A stretch of 64,000 nt of DNA from contig LPNZ01009518.1 of assembly GCA_001655205.1 (NCBI GenBank), forward strand, positions 27,038 to 91,037, read 5' to 3'. A program made the translations under genes and the position numbers. Below the pieces are notes generated by a model. That model had not been told where the DNA came from. It searched no databases and saw nothing but the letters and a program-made list of their open reading frames with translations. This document shows, one piece after another, positions 14,201 through 26,700 of the stretch; the first letter of the stretch is position 1; each line of letters opens with the position of its first letter. This DNA comes from Lenisia limosa (Eukaryota > Protista > Breviatea).

Positions 14201-14750
14201 TTGGATTATCAAAAAGAATATACTACAAATAAAAAAAAATTAAAAACTATACCTTCCTCTGTAATGGTGTTTTCTCAGTTGGCCTTGGACGATGAGAGGT
14301 GTCATTGATAGGCTCATGAATACCTAGAGATAGATTGGTCAAAACTATACTTATTATATTACTACAGACCAGGTTCACAATCTGATGTAATTTCCGTCGT
14401 CTCACAAATCGCTGGGTCTGATGATGATTCAATGTCTATATTCGGTAAAATGTTCTATGATTAGGATTGACTGAAGAAAATACTAACCATTAGCCTCGGA
14501 TTCAGGTTCTTCAACATCATCCATAAGTACTGGTGACACTGAAGGTTGAACAGGTTCAACTTGTGCTTGTGTCTCCAGGTCAGTTTCTGCTGCTCTCTTC
14601 CTTGCTCCAAAACGCTAGCAGAAAATGAAATTTACTTCTCACACCACAGTATATTCACAATCCCACCATATTTCATAATTTGCGTACCATATTAGGAAGA
14701 GCATCATCCTCATCTTCAAAAGGTACATGGGAAGCGGATTCCACTTCCAT
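8293..14750 (-). CDS. Large AT-rich multi-exon hypothetical protein with a possible PH-like beta segment
   Basis: ATG at 14750 (MEVESASHVPFEDEDD). Exons include NIDYYQNIRSRFKSYRQKTTIDVIEDFSYQLADCVYYG, LEVTLPADKTLLDLTKEEINQII, AYIGDVSDVRYFCILTSGTELSYFK (PH-like) and VENRWDGCLTFGKDCQIPDE. The 3' end and single-gene status are uncertain. Confidence 0.5.
11110..11460. repeat. Degenerate tandem array, about 38-41 bp period, about 7 units
   Basis: Recurring unit approximating CACTTTC-ATA-n-ATGAAGAA-n-GAGTCAT. GAACAATGAGTCAT occurs exactly twice, 41 bp apart. Confidence 0.65.
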
Positions 14751-15028
14751 CGTTGGAAAAGTGAGGTAGGAGGGCAAGGAAAGGGAAGTATGTAACTGAT
14801 AAACCCTTGCTGATATTACGAAAAGAAGACGTTTTTGACTAATAAGTACAGTTTTGCAGAAGAGGAAGAACACGGTATTGATGTTCCAATAATGGCTACA
14901 AGTGGCCCACTTTCTGGGAGTTGGCATCACCTGCCGGTCACCCACTGCTTACTGGATTATTTGATTTTCATGATTTTTTTTGCTTGCTTTCTGTTTTAAC
15001 AAAACAGCAAAATAACAAACATCAAACA

Positions 15029-17706
15029 ATGATAAAAAGAGTGTTATTGGGACTACTGTGCCTTTGTACCGTGGTTGCAGGAGAGGAGTATTTTGCCTCT
15101 TGCACTGAAGACAACATCAAAGCGTGTACACTCACCAAAGGAGGTGGGTAGATGAATTTTATCATTTCCGACAATAAAAATAGTTTTAATGAGGGGCATA
15201 AATATGTTATGAGATGCCACATCTTCATTCCTTTCCGCTTATTGTGCCGAGACCTGTTTATTCCGCTTGTCGTGTGCTCCTACGCAGACCAAACTCCTTA
15301 AAAATCGTTTCTTTCCTTTTTTTTAGCTTAAATAGTGGAGTAACATTGGTTGAGACTATGTGCTGGCAATGGTTGTTGTCACGATTTATACAATTTACTT
15401 TCGCAGGACCAATCTTTAGCCTCTACAATTTGGGTATATTTGGCTGAACAATGGCCAGAGGCCTGTTTTAAAATTGACATTATATTGAGAAATAATTCAG
15501 GTTCCTCATATTCTAGCACCCAAGAATGATGACTGGCAGGCGTATATAATGTGGAACAACACAATTGCTGAGGTACGGGTCCTACTAAACTCCACATGAC
15601 TGATACTTTAGTATGGCTTTGGTGATATGGATGTCAAGATAAACCACAAACACAGTGCCAAGCTGGATATTAAGTTCTATGCTGCTGGAGTCCTTGAAGG
15701 TGCTATCTCTGCGGATCCGTGAGCTGTGTTTTTTGTGTAACGATGCAGGATTTGGAACCAATACGTTAATCTTCACTACTTCACCTTCCCCGACACCCCA
15801 GAAGACTATATGCCAGATTGTGAGTGGTGCAAGCCATCATATTTATTATCCTAGTGATTTATGAATTTGTTGAAATGCAACGAAATTGGGTTGAGGTAAG
15901 CAAGTGCTCACCCCTGGTCATTTTACAGATTGAAGTTGGGAACAACTATGATGACGAGTTTTGGCAAGAAATTGGCCATTCAATGTATCAGTTCAATGGA
16001 CTTCTTGCTGGATTCCAATCTCAAAAGGTTGCTCCATTGTAGGACTTCTTTTTAGCTCTGACGGGTAGTGAGATGAGCCGTGCGCACTTCATGCTTGCCA
16101 CATCATTTGGAGACTTTTTTGAGATTGTTGGAAAGTTCACTCCTGGAGCCCGCACAGTATGATCTGCTGTTGATGGTTGATCTTTTAGGACTGGGATAAC
16201 ATCAGCACCGAGGAAGCTAATATCGAACTTCTCACCCAAGTTAGGCCGGTTTGGGCATTCTGATGTTTTAGGGGCATTGCTCAGCACTCATTCGTGTCAC
16301 ACCCGATCTGACTGACCTTATTGCCGCGCACAATTCGTGAGTCTGGTTGTGTACAGGTGATCATCTCTTAGATGGTTCACTTTTGCTGCTTCGGCTGGTC
16401 GTGCCATCAAGAAAACTAATTTCCCGAACTCTCGAGGCGAACAAGTCCAGGTGAGACCACTAGGAATCCGTCACTCTCAACTTTTATTGTCATGCCATTG
16501 TTGTTAACAGTCAGGTCCACATGTCGTCTTACACTGGCGCGGTATCTTCTAATGACGACTACTATCTCACCTCGCACGGACTACAGGTGCGTGTTCACAG
16601 GGGGGTTTACCAGGTTCCAATACAGTCTTGACATTAAAAATCCATAATAAATCTTCCCGCGAGATATGATTCTGACATCATAGGTTATTGAGACCTCCCT
16701 CAACGTTCTTGACTCGCAGCTCTACGACCTTGGTTTGTTTTAATTGTTGTTAACATTTAGTGAAACCTGAGTCTTTGCTTTACTGGGAGCGAGTGATGGC
16801 AGCCAACCGCCTTGCCCGCACTCCTGAAGAATGGACCTCTCTTTTCAAGAGACAGAATTCTGGAACCTACAAGTAAGTAGCAGGTTGTTTTCTTACATCA
16901 AAGCAATCAATGGATGGTGTTGTCTTACAAGCGCTTCACCCCTGGCAAGCCAATGCCACCCAATACATTCAGGTAGGGTCTTTGTAAGTGGTCATCTTCA
17001 GGGTCCTCGAACAGGCTCCAGGTCTTGTTGTCGACAAGGATATGACTGATACCCTGGCAATGGCCGGGTTGGTGGGGATGGCACTTGTGGAATAAGTCTC
17101 GTCAATAACTATTCCAAATTTAAATTTGACTGACATCACAGATTCTGGCCCTCTTTCAACATCCCCTATTTCGATGAGGTATTCAATTACCTTGGTTACA
17201 AGAAGTACACTGAGGTTCATGGCAACTACTTCACCTACCAAATGGTAACAGACCGTCAGTTTAACAATACAGTGTCCGCGCGCCACCATCTTCAGGCGTG
17301 ACGCGCAGAGTGTCATGAACATCAAAGACATGATGGAAGTCATCAGACAGAACGACTACAAACACGACCCCCTGGCCCTTGGTCACCCTGGTAACCAAAT
17401 TGCCTCCCGATTTGATTTGGACTCTGACCGGCCACGCCTTGCCGGCACATACGACGCCAAAGTCACTGACTACAACAGCTTCATGAATGATCTCACGGTA
17501 CGGGTCTTCTTCGTCTTCTCGTCTTATAATTAGATGTACGCTGTGGGAGGTCCAATTGCCAACACTAACATCCCTGCTTTCCAATGGTAAGACCCTTAGA
17601 TCGGGTAACACTCAGGTCAACATCGCCTTTTGAGAAGATCCCCCACCAAGGCCTTCCAGATGGTCCTTACAACTACGCCTGGCGCCTGTACGAATCTAGA
17701 ACTTAG
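15029..17706 (+). CDS. PLBD: Phospholipase B-like protein (PLBD/laminin A-like Ntn-hydrolase family), secreted or lysosomal
   Basis: Signal peptide MIKRVLLGLLCLCTVVAG. Family motifs FYAAGVLEG, GHCSALIRVTPDLTDLIAAHNSW, SSNDDYY, VIETSLN, NSGTYNNQWMV, YDAKVT and C-terminal PHQGLPDGPYNYAW followed by TAG. At least 15 short introns. Confidence 0.92.
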
Positions 17707-17754
17707 GAAATGTACTCATGGTTAAGGAGAACTGAATTGAAATGATTACCATAA

Positions 17755-20700
17755 TTACTTGCTTGAGCCGACAAGATACCATTTTCCTCTTGCAGATGCA
17801 GCGGCTCTGCGCACCACTCGTTTAGGGTCACTCAGCACCGGCATCTTCAACGTCAGCATAGAGCAGACTTACCAGGGTGGCAATGACCTTGCCACGTGAT
17901 TTGAGACTTGCCTTTTCAGGAAGGCTTGAGGACAGTTGTGCGATGAGCAGGAGGGCTGCCTCTCGAACCGCCTATTAACATTACAAGGGAAGGGTGGCTC
18001 AAAGGCCCTAACACCAGCATACAGGAGGAGAAGGAAGCACACAGAGAGCAAGGGATTTTGAAAGGAGAGTTGAAGACGGCAGGGCTGATGTTTTGGCCTC
18101 GGACTAAACAATGAGCAAAATTCAAACCGAACGCTTACCATTGCAGTGAGAGTAGTGAGGATTCTAGGGTGATGAATTGGACTTCCAGTTGACAATGAAG
18201 AAATAAGCATCGGAATCGTCTACAAGGTCAACGATATGGTCATCTCACCTCAGCTGAACGATCAATGAGAACTTCTGTCGGGACTTTGGAAGCCATGCAA
18301 GCGAAGATGCCAAGAAGACGGACCTACCATAGGTAAGATAAAACCTTGAGGTGAAGCAACAAACCTGGCCGTCAGTATCAGACAGTCGCCACTCGGATTG
18401 CAAGTCCCCTACCATCGACAGTAGCAGTGAGCGCCTCCAGAAAAGGGCTTCAACAGAGCCGACTAAACCATCACACGACAAGCAGACGTACCTTCTCCAC
18501 AAAGTCCGATATACTGTGATGTCAAGGCGTGTGTGAGGCCCGCAGCAGCTGACAAGTTATCAATAAAAGGATCGTCATACCTCCGGCAGCATATTCAGCA
18601 TGATTGTCAGAAAGAACCATCAGTCCAGCGGTCTAGGATGTCATGAAATCATGAAACAATGTCAAATCAACAAATACCCAAACAAAGGCTACTGAAACGA
18701 CACTACAGACAAACAATATTCGCCTTGTGCATACTTGAACATCGACATCGGTTCGAGAACCGGAAAGGAGTACCAAGTCCTTGACCAAGGGGATGAGAGT
18801 ATCATGACCTGCTGAAAGCGATCCAATACAGATCTGAGAGGATCGTCAATAATGTTGATGTGAGAATGAAAAAAAGAAGTGGAAGAAACATTTCCCCGAC
18901 CAAATTGGTATCAGAACCCACCCAAGAGAGAAGTTCGGCCGATCGTTTGGGATCGCCATTCGAGGCGCAGGCAACGTAGTAGGGAAGAACACTGGGTGGA
19001 CAGCGGTTGGTGAAGACACCAATTGCAGGCAAAACGGACCCGTCTCCCTCCTGAAAGGGGTGAGAAGATGCCAAGCCTACCCCTTGGACATAGGAAACGA
19101 CAAGCTTTGTCATGAAGGCTGTGAGGTAGTCTGGAACTTCGACCATTCGGCTTGGCAGAAGTGGAACGTACATAGGGCCTTCAACAGTTTCTGAATCATT
19201 AGACGTTTAAGCCCTTACCAAGAGACTCTTTGAGAACTTCGGCTGACTTGTCTTTGAGTGCAAAAGGACCTGTTCTAAAAAGTGAGTAACAAGTTAAACA
19301 GCATAGCATCATTGTCACACAAACCTGAGGAGAGACATAAAGCCGGTTTCAATTGCAGTCGGGCAAGTGGGGTTGAGAGTCAGCTACGATATCACACCAA
19401 TTTCGAAGGAAGCAAACCTGTTCCGGTTTGGGGAGACAAGACGAATGCTCCTTGAGAGTATTCTTGAGAAGAGAATGAAGAGACAGCAAAGCTGCAGTGA
19501 ACGCACTAATATGTTACCTAGTTATCAGAGCCTACGCTTCCGGTTTGGATTTTAATGGCAGAATAGACACCAAATCGTGTACAGCTGTCATAATCGCAAG
19601 GGCCTGTTCGTCTAAAGATATCAGAATGAAGAAACATTATATACTGACAAATCACTGTCATAACACTTATGAGGCTCTCATTCCCCATACCATTGGTAGC
19701 AAGTTTTTCGCAAGGGACTCCTTCAATAAGGCGTGAAATAACAGAAGGGGCAAGAACTGAGCTCTCCTGACAGATGCACGAAAGAGTCTTCAGAGACTCA
19801 GTTGATGGTTTGTTCAGAAGTTGACAGAGGATAGGCTCGGCAATGTCGACGCTGCTTGTGCCAAGCACTCGTGCCTAAGGCGTCATGTCAGATGTCTGAT
19901 CCCTACTAATGCGGTTTGGGCGGCATCCGAAGCGGTTGTCGGACCAATGGCAATTCGGTATAAATCTGCCGCAACTTCTGCAGCCTCCTTATCCGAGAGA
20001 TCACCACCAAGTTTACCAAGACCTAGCTCATGAGATCGCAAAACGGCCTACCCTTAGCGCCGGAAGCAACCACAATGTCAGCGCTATGCCGGATGGCTGC
20101 TGTAAAAGCCTAAAGAGTGACAAGGTTGTTGGAAACATACAAAAGTATCACATATCATTGTGCAACTATTGATAATGGAAACAATCAAAACCCTTTAGAG
20201 TACAAGAAAATAAGAATATTAAGGAGTCTGTTCATTGGTTAGAAGCTAAACACTATTCCTATCCCAAGGGAGACCTACAGACCTTAAGAAGAGCGCCACG
20301 ATAGCGAACAGCAGTTTGTGACTCCTTTGACACACCATACATCTCGGCCATCCAAATGACACTGAAGGCCACATGCGACTCCGCATCTGGGGGAGACCCA
20401 CACCCGTCATCATCGCGAACCTCTTCAATGGGATCCGAAATACGAGCGTGGTCCAGGATTGGGAGACTGGTGGAGACAACCAGGTCGGATATCGTCCCTA
20501 TGTCGGGTTAATTGCAGTGCCAAACAAGCTGGAACATTAATATATTGGGAATGCTATGTCAATCTATGCCATCAATTCAATCTATGTCATCAATTCAACT
20601 CCATTCCCCACCAGGAACTGCGGCTAATCTACAGAGGATTTCAGCGCATCTGTGACCAAGGGGGGTGCCAGGGGACTGAGACATTTCAGCGTTGAGCTTC

Positions 20701-22288
20701 TCAACAAAGGCTTTTGCGAAGATCAAGGAGTGCGACCCCTGGAGCTGGTTACCGTTATGGGTAAAACTAACACTGTCGATGGCCGAGAGGACTCTGCACA
20801 GTTTCTCAGCGGACAAGGCGAGAGAAGTGATCACTTCAGACTCTCTGAATCCCACAACCAAACCAGACATAACGACTAAAGTGTAATAAGAAAGAAGAAC
20901 TTACCTCGCATTTCTTGAACATGGTTTAAAGCTGGAAGACCAAATGATTTTGNNNNNNNNNNNNNNNNNNNNNNNNNNNNNNNNNNNNNNNNNNNNNNNN
21001 NNNNNNNNNNNNNNNNNNNNNNNNNNNNNNNNNNNNNNNNNNNNNNNNNNNNNNNNNNNNNNNNNNNNNNNNNNNNNNNNNNNNNNNNNNNNNNNNNNNN
21101 NNNNNNNNNNNNNNNNNNNNNNNNAAACAGTATATCATAACACGGCAAACCTTTGTCTGGGCCATACCAGACTGCAGTTTGTCCAGAATGAAGGGATACA
21201 CCAAGTCGTGCATTGTCGGCCGGCATGATAGAACATTACTGCAAGGTAAGAAGCCAACATATGATGATATGCTCCTTCCATCACTCACCGGAGAAGTTCC
21301 TTGAGCTCCCCAGGGGTGACAACATCAACATCACCAACAGGGGTGGAGAACTGGATTGGGAAGTAGCAAGAAGTCACATCAAAGAGATCCTAGAAATATG
21401 AAAATCTCAGAGCGACGCATACCTCAATGAATTGATCACATGCATCAGGGAAGGTCTTTGCCATTTCCAAGATGGTCATAAAGGCGTCCCTAAGGCACCT
21501 GGGGTCACGCTCGCCATCAATGACTTGAAGAAATCCGAATACAAAATCCACCGCCATTGGCTTGAGTCCTAGAGAGTAAGCCAAGGTTCAAGCACATGAT
21601 ACCTTCTCCATAGCGCTTGAGAAGCTGAAGAGTGAGCTGGTAGACAGTGCGGCGAACTGCCATCAAAAGACTCTGAACATGCACCTTGAACGTAAAAATT
21701 GTAAATGTTACGGGATTGGAGGATGAAGCCGCCAACCTCATTGAAAATAGCTGATGCCAGCCGGCCAGCCAGATTGTCGCTAATTTTGTGGTTCTTCAGA
21801 AGAACTACTAGTCCAGAGAGAATTTCGGAGACAGCAAGTCGGTCAAAAAGACGACCACGAAGGAAATCAACCTAATTGTAAAGATATGCTAGAACATACA
21901 ATGAACTCGGCTTCAGCATCATTGATAATGGAAGAATCAGCCTCAGCAACAACAGCTGCAAGAAGGGCAACACCTGGCCGTAAGCAAATAGGAAAAGTTT
22001 ATGTTTTATTTATATTGTTCCCCAATTACATCTTACTCGAGCGTTATCACTAATAGCTGTGATGTGAGGAGCTAGTAAGAGCACAAAAGCTTGAATGTCC
22101 ATATCACCACAGGTGAGATCTAAGGAAAATCACAAATAACGAAACCCTTACGAGCTGCAATTTTAGAAACTGCATGATTGTGTCGTTCTTTACCAAGAGC
22201 AGGATTAAGGAAGGCTGAGACCTCCGACTAAAGAGATTGAATATGATATCGCCAGGTGACCAACCTTGATCTCTTCGGTACTTTCCAT
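17755..22288 (-). CDS. MMS19: MMS19/MET18 HEAT-repeat protein (cytosolic Fe-S assembly targeting complex)
   Basis: N-terminal family motif GFLQVIDGERDPRCLRDAF followed by a CYFP-type segment. C-terminal family motif LSDPKRVVRRAAASARGKWY followed by TAA at 17755. ATG at 22288. Confidence 0.92.
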
Positions 22289-22399
22289 TGGCTTTCCTTC
22301 TCAATTGAATTGTTTTAAAACTTTATTGCTTTGCGTGCTGTTTAAAGGTTCAATGGTTCAAAGGCGGTTCATGTTTCTTCAGCCAGTTTTAAGCCAATT

Positions 22400-23527
22400 A
22401 TGGGTAAAATGAACCCCCAGATTATTATTGAGAAAAACGAAAATATTTTTAAAATTTTCTTGATTTCTTATCCGCCCCCAGATACATCTATTGTTTGAAG
22501 ATACTGTGCTATTGATTACAAACCTAAAATAGGGAAGGCAGGAGGAAAAAGTGAATACTGTGGCTGGAGACAACGTGTCAAATAATTGTGAATAAATGTG
22601 ACTCATAAGACGACTCTCTACAAGCTGCAATGGAGTCTGCTCCTCCTGCTGACCTTGGAGGTTTGGTGGCTTGGTGGTATGGGCGCAGTTGCATTGGGAT
22701 TTTTTTTTTTTTTTTTTTTTTTNNNNNNNNNNNNNNNNNNNNNNNNNNNNNNNNNNNNNNNNNNNNNNNNNNNNNNNNNNNTTCCTATTTTTAATTTTTA
22801 TATGTATCAACAAATCAAAGTGGTTATTTACTAGTTGAATTTACCATTGGACAAAGGAAGCGCATTAAACTTCCCATCCTTGGATGAAGTAATCATATCT
22901 AAATGGGTGAACTCAGAGGCAAGTTACTTTTTCCCGTCAGTTGTGAGTACTATGTACGGACCTTGGCGTGAATAGTCACATGAGATCTGGGATGCGGTCA
23001 GAAAATAACATAAACGACACTCTTTTTGCTACTTATTACCGTTTTGTCCTTCATTGCGATATTGGCATGAGCGTAAGCGGAGTCTATTGGGGCATTGCTG
23101 ATCTCCACTGGCTCAAGAGCGACACTCAGCGTGTCGTCTAGTGCTTCAGTGTGATACGTGCCGGGTATCCGAATATGCACTACGGCGTTGACGGTAAGTG
23201 GAAGCGTACCTTCACCATGGGGCTGGACCTGACCGACGATTGGGGCTCTTCCTTCATCGGATATAAAGTGGAAGGGGCATTGGGTGGGTGCTGTGTTTGT
23301 CATTCATGGCCGGTTTCTTACGTGCACAATGTAATTCATTCATAAGCGCCGCTGCAGCACATGCTGTCATTTCTAAGGGCATTAACAGTTGAAATGTTGG
23401 GCAAACCTTGGCTTGCTCGCTGATGGTGTATGCTTGAGGACAAATTTCGAGTAAGAGATTTCAGACCCATGCTGAAAGCACGGAGGATTGGAGGGTGGTG
23501 GCTTGTTACAGAGCGGATGGTTATCAT
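22400..23527 (-). CDS. Hypothetical multi-exon protein
   Basis: Exons splice in frame: ...HQRASQ|EMTACAAALMNELHCA|PPTQCPFHFISDEGRAPIVGQ...NIAMKDKT|ASQISCDYSRQGPYIVLTTDGK. No family recognised; 3' end approximate and includes an N-gap. Confidence 0.5.
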
Positions 23528-23706
23528 GGCTTCTGATTGGGAATAAAATCACTATTATAACAGTAGAAGGGCACTGGGCTTGATAAATTTAAAAATTGAG
23601 AGGGCATGTAGATTGTCCACCAGGGGTTCCCAAAAATCACAACTTGCCTAAATAGGAAAGTTAGAATTATGTTAGTCTTCTCATTGGGATGTAGCCCCAT
23701 GGATAT

Positions 23707-26700
23707 ATGGTGGATGATGATGTAGTTGTTGCAGTTCAATTGCAGGGTGGTTGTAGTCTTTAGCACATTTATTAGGACATAGAACAAGCTCATGGCCTGA
23801 GATCTGAGTGATCATTGTCACCCCCTTTAGAAGTGTTCTTCCTGGTGTACTCATTTCTACGACACAGCTCCTGTCAGAAGGCTGCAGATGCGCTGGCTCT
23901 TGAACTCGATAGGTTTGTGGCTGATTCAATTTCGAAGTATGTCGCTGGATATGGGGATACAGTTGAGGACCTTTCTTAACCTCGCAGCCATGGTCTTCTG
24001 CCACACCTGCATAACTGGCTGGGAGAGTCAAGAGCACGCACAGTTGATGAAATGGTTTGTTCCATCCGGTCCTTACTTTTCAGAAAGAGTTCACGGGGGA
24101 GCTGCCTGCAGATTTCCTTCCCTCAATACTGGGCAAGCTACTTCATGCTCACTCCAACTCTCTTGAAGAAAGTTTGACACCCTTGCTGTTCTTACGGGTC
24201 AGATTTGGAGATCACTTCTTTATTTGGAAGGGGGCGAGCTGGTCTTCTTGGCGCCCACAAAGACATTTCGTTAAAGTGAGAATTTGCCATTTTTACTCCT
24301 CTATTGCTTGGTTGACTCCACAGACCCGTGCTTCCTAAAGGCAATTACGCGACATACTCAAGAGATTCGCGACTTTTCAACTACACAAGTCCACATTCCG
24401 TGACAAACTACTCCAACTCCTACCATACATGTAAGCATTGGATGGTAGAGGACTGACTTACCAAATCAGCGCGGATGTTGTCCATTCGAGAGACCATCAA
24501 TAAACTTCTGGTACCCGATCCGGTGGTCTTTGTGAAAACTCTCCAACCGGTATGCCATCCAGACTTCTCACATCTAGGCACGTGTCTTACAACTGCACTC
24601 GCAATCCATTGTGTTTATGATTTCGGACTCCACTGGAGATCGCATCATCACGGTAATTCCGCACAAGATCTGACCTCCAGGCTGCGGACGACGGTTACAT
24701 TCGCATTTGGAGTGTGGCTTCGTGTCATCTCCTCCATACCTTAATTGGACACAACGTTTGCTTCTTTTTCCAGTCTCATTTCCTAGAATTTTGTGATTGA
24801 TATGTGCATTTCTCCAGATGACAAATACCTCATTTCTTCTGGAAACAACAAAGTAGGCAATCATCGCGATATGCCTGGTGTTATTTTTACTCATTTTCAG
24901 GACATGATTATCTGGGACCTTACAACCGGTGAACTTGTCAAAAAGTACACTTTCGGTGAGATGGAGTTATCACCTCCCTTCTTCAATTATAATTCCAACT
25001 ATCTTACGGCTTCGGCCAGATAATTCCAACTATCTCACGGCTTCGGCCAGNNNNNNNNNNNNNNNNNNNNNNNNNNNNNNNNNNNNNNNNNNNNNNNNNN
25101 NNNNNNNNATATATGTAAATATATATTATCTTACTTTTCAAGATAAGGTTATCAATTCCCTGATGTTCCACCCATTGTCGAAAAGCCTCATCATCACCAC
25201 GGCGTGTTCTGATGGTAAAGTCAGGTTTGTGAAAGAGTCTTATCAGCGAGTACAGATTGAGCACCATGAAAGCAAAGAATCTGTGATTTACAGTTTAGAC
25301 TCTATCACTTTAGTTCTTCTCGCGGATGGCCGGATCATGTGGGTGGAGCTGATGAATAACCTGTGTCATAATATCGCACTAATCCTTTCATAGCCCAATG
25401 CAACCTTTGGTCCGGACCCTAACTCAAGCTATCTCCCGGCCGCTACATTAACTCTTTTCTCCTCTGGTGGAGAATTTGTCGTGTGTGGCTTTGAAGACAA
25501 CCAGAGTAAGAGCTGTGTCTTCCTCACTATTCAGTCAAATTCTATCGAACTGATGATCTTCTATCCTCTCGACCGGTTGCGCTTTCCTTAAGGTTTTTTG
25601 CTGCTTGTTGTGCTCTTTAAATCTCCTATGATATCATATGCATCTGTAGTATAGTATTATACCTTACGATATGATATGATATGATATACTATTGTATTTC
25701 TTACACCACAGGTCAGGACAGGCGAACGCCCTCAGTACCGCCAAGCCCGTGGCAACTTTGGGGCGACGGCTGGCTGGCACTCTCAATCTTCCAAGACACG
25801 TTTGCTTTGGTGCACTGATAATGTAACGACTCTGTAGAAAATGAAGAACCTCGAGCTGAACTTCATCACCCTTGAAGATTTCATTGTCATTTCAGCGTAA
25901 GGCGTCCAAGGGATGTCACAGTGTAGCACCTCAGATATGACTGTTCGTTGGTGGTCTGTTTTGCCGAAAATGAATTCAGAGCATTTTGAAGAAGGTATAG
26001 AACCAGTTAATTAGGAGGATAACACTTTAGTTATGCAAAACGTGACATCTATTGTTTTACTTCCCGACCTTGGTGTGATCCTCATGCTAAATGATAGGAA
26101 ACGATTGGATCTCTATTCCTTGACTGAAAAACAAATTATCCACTCAGCTGATGCCTTTGCTTCTATCGTGGGCCTTTTGAGACTTTTTATTGTTTACTCA
26201 CAAGGCTGATGAACCAAATGAAGATGATCCGATCCTTGTCAGTTCTTCCAACCAATTCCCAACCATTTTCCTTGTTGCTACCTCCGTCTCTGTTAGTTCT
26301 CAAGGTCCATCCTCCGTTCACAATATAGGTCACTTTTTGGCAAACAATTCCACTCAAGCGCCTTCACATTATTTCCCTTTTGGAGGTAATGTTCAATCGA
26401 TTTCAACTTTGATCTTTCAGATTGGTGGAGAACAGTTCATGGTGGAACAGATTATTTGGCTCGATGATGGGACTATATGGATTGCTGGAAACGCGGGCAG
26501 GTGTATCATTATTCAGCATGGTGGTATTGACGGTATGGGAACAGTGGGTCAGTTTGTATTGTGCTAAGGGCTTTACTTCGTTCGAAAAAGACCGATAAAC
26601 TATCAACAGTTTTCGAAGATTTATCGAGACATTCAGTCTTTTTTTGAACCGAAGTGAAGCCCCAATTGTGCTGTGTAACCCTTTTCGTTGTCAGTTCGGA

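Noticed and set aside
15961-16080. Apparent in-frame TAG/TAA readthrough suggesting a TAR=Gln genetic code (also at 45645 and 12850)
   Set aside because: The cases at 16040 and 45645 are explained by 30-nt GT-AG introns with branch points; 12850 is unresolved but lies in a poorly modelled gene. PLBD (TAG), MMS19 (TAA) and the ferric reductase (TAG) end at conserved C-termini, and Gln is encoded by CAA/CAG.
24989-25050. 31-bp tandem duplication (ATAATTCCAACTATCTYACGGCTTCGGCCAG) in the BRWD gene
   Set aside because: It directly abuts an N-gap and disrupts the frame, so it is most likely a scaffolding overlap artefact.
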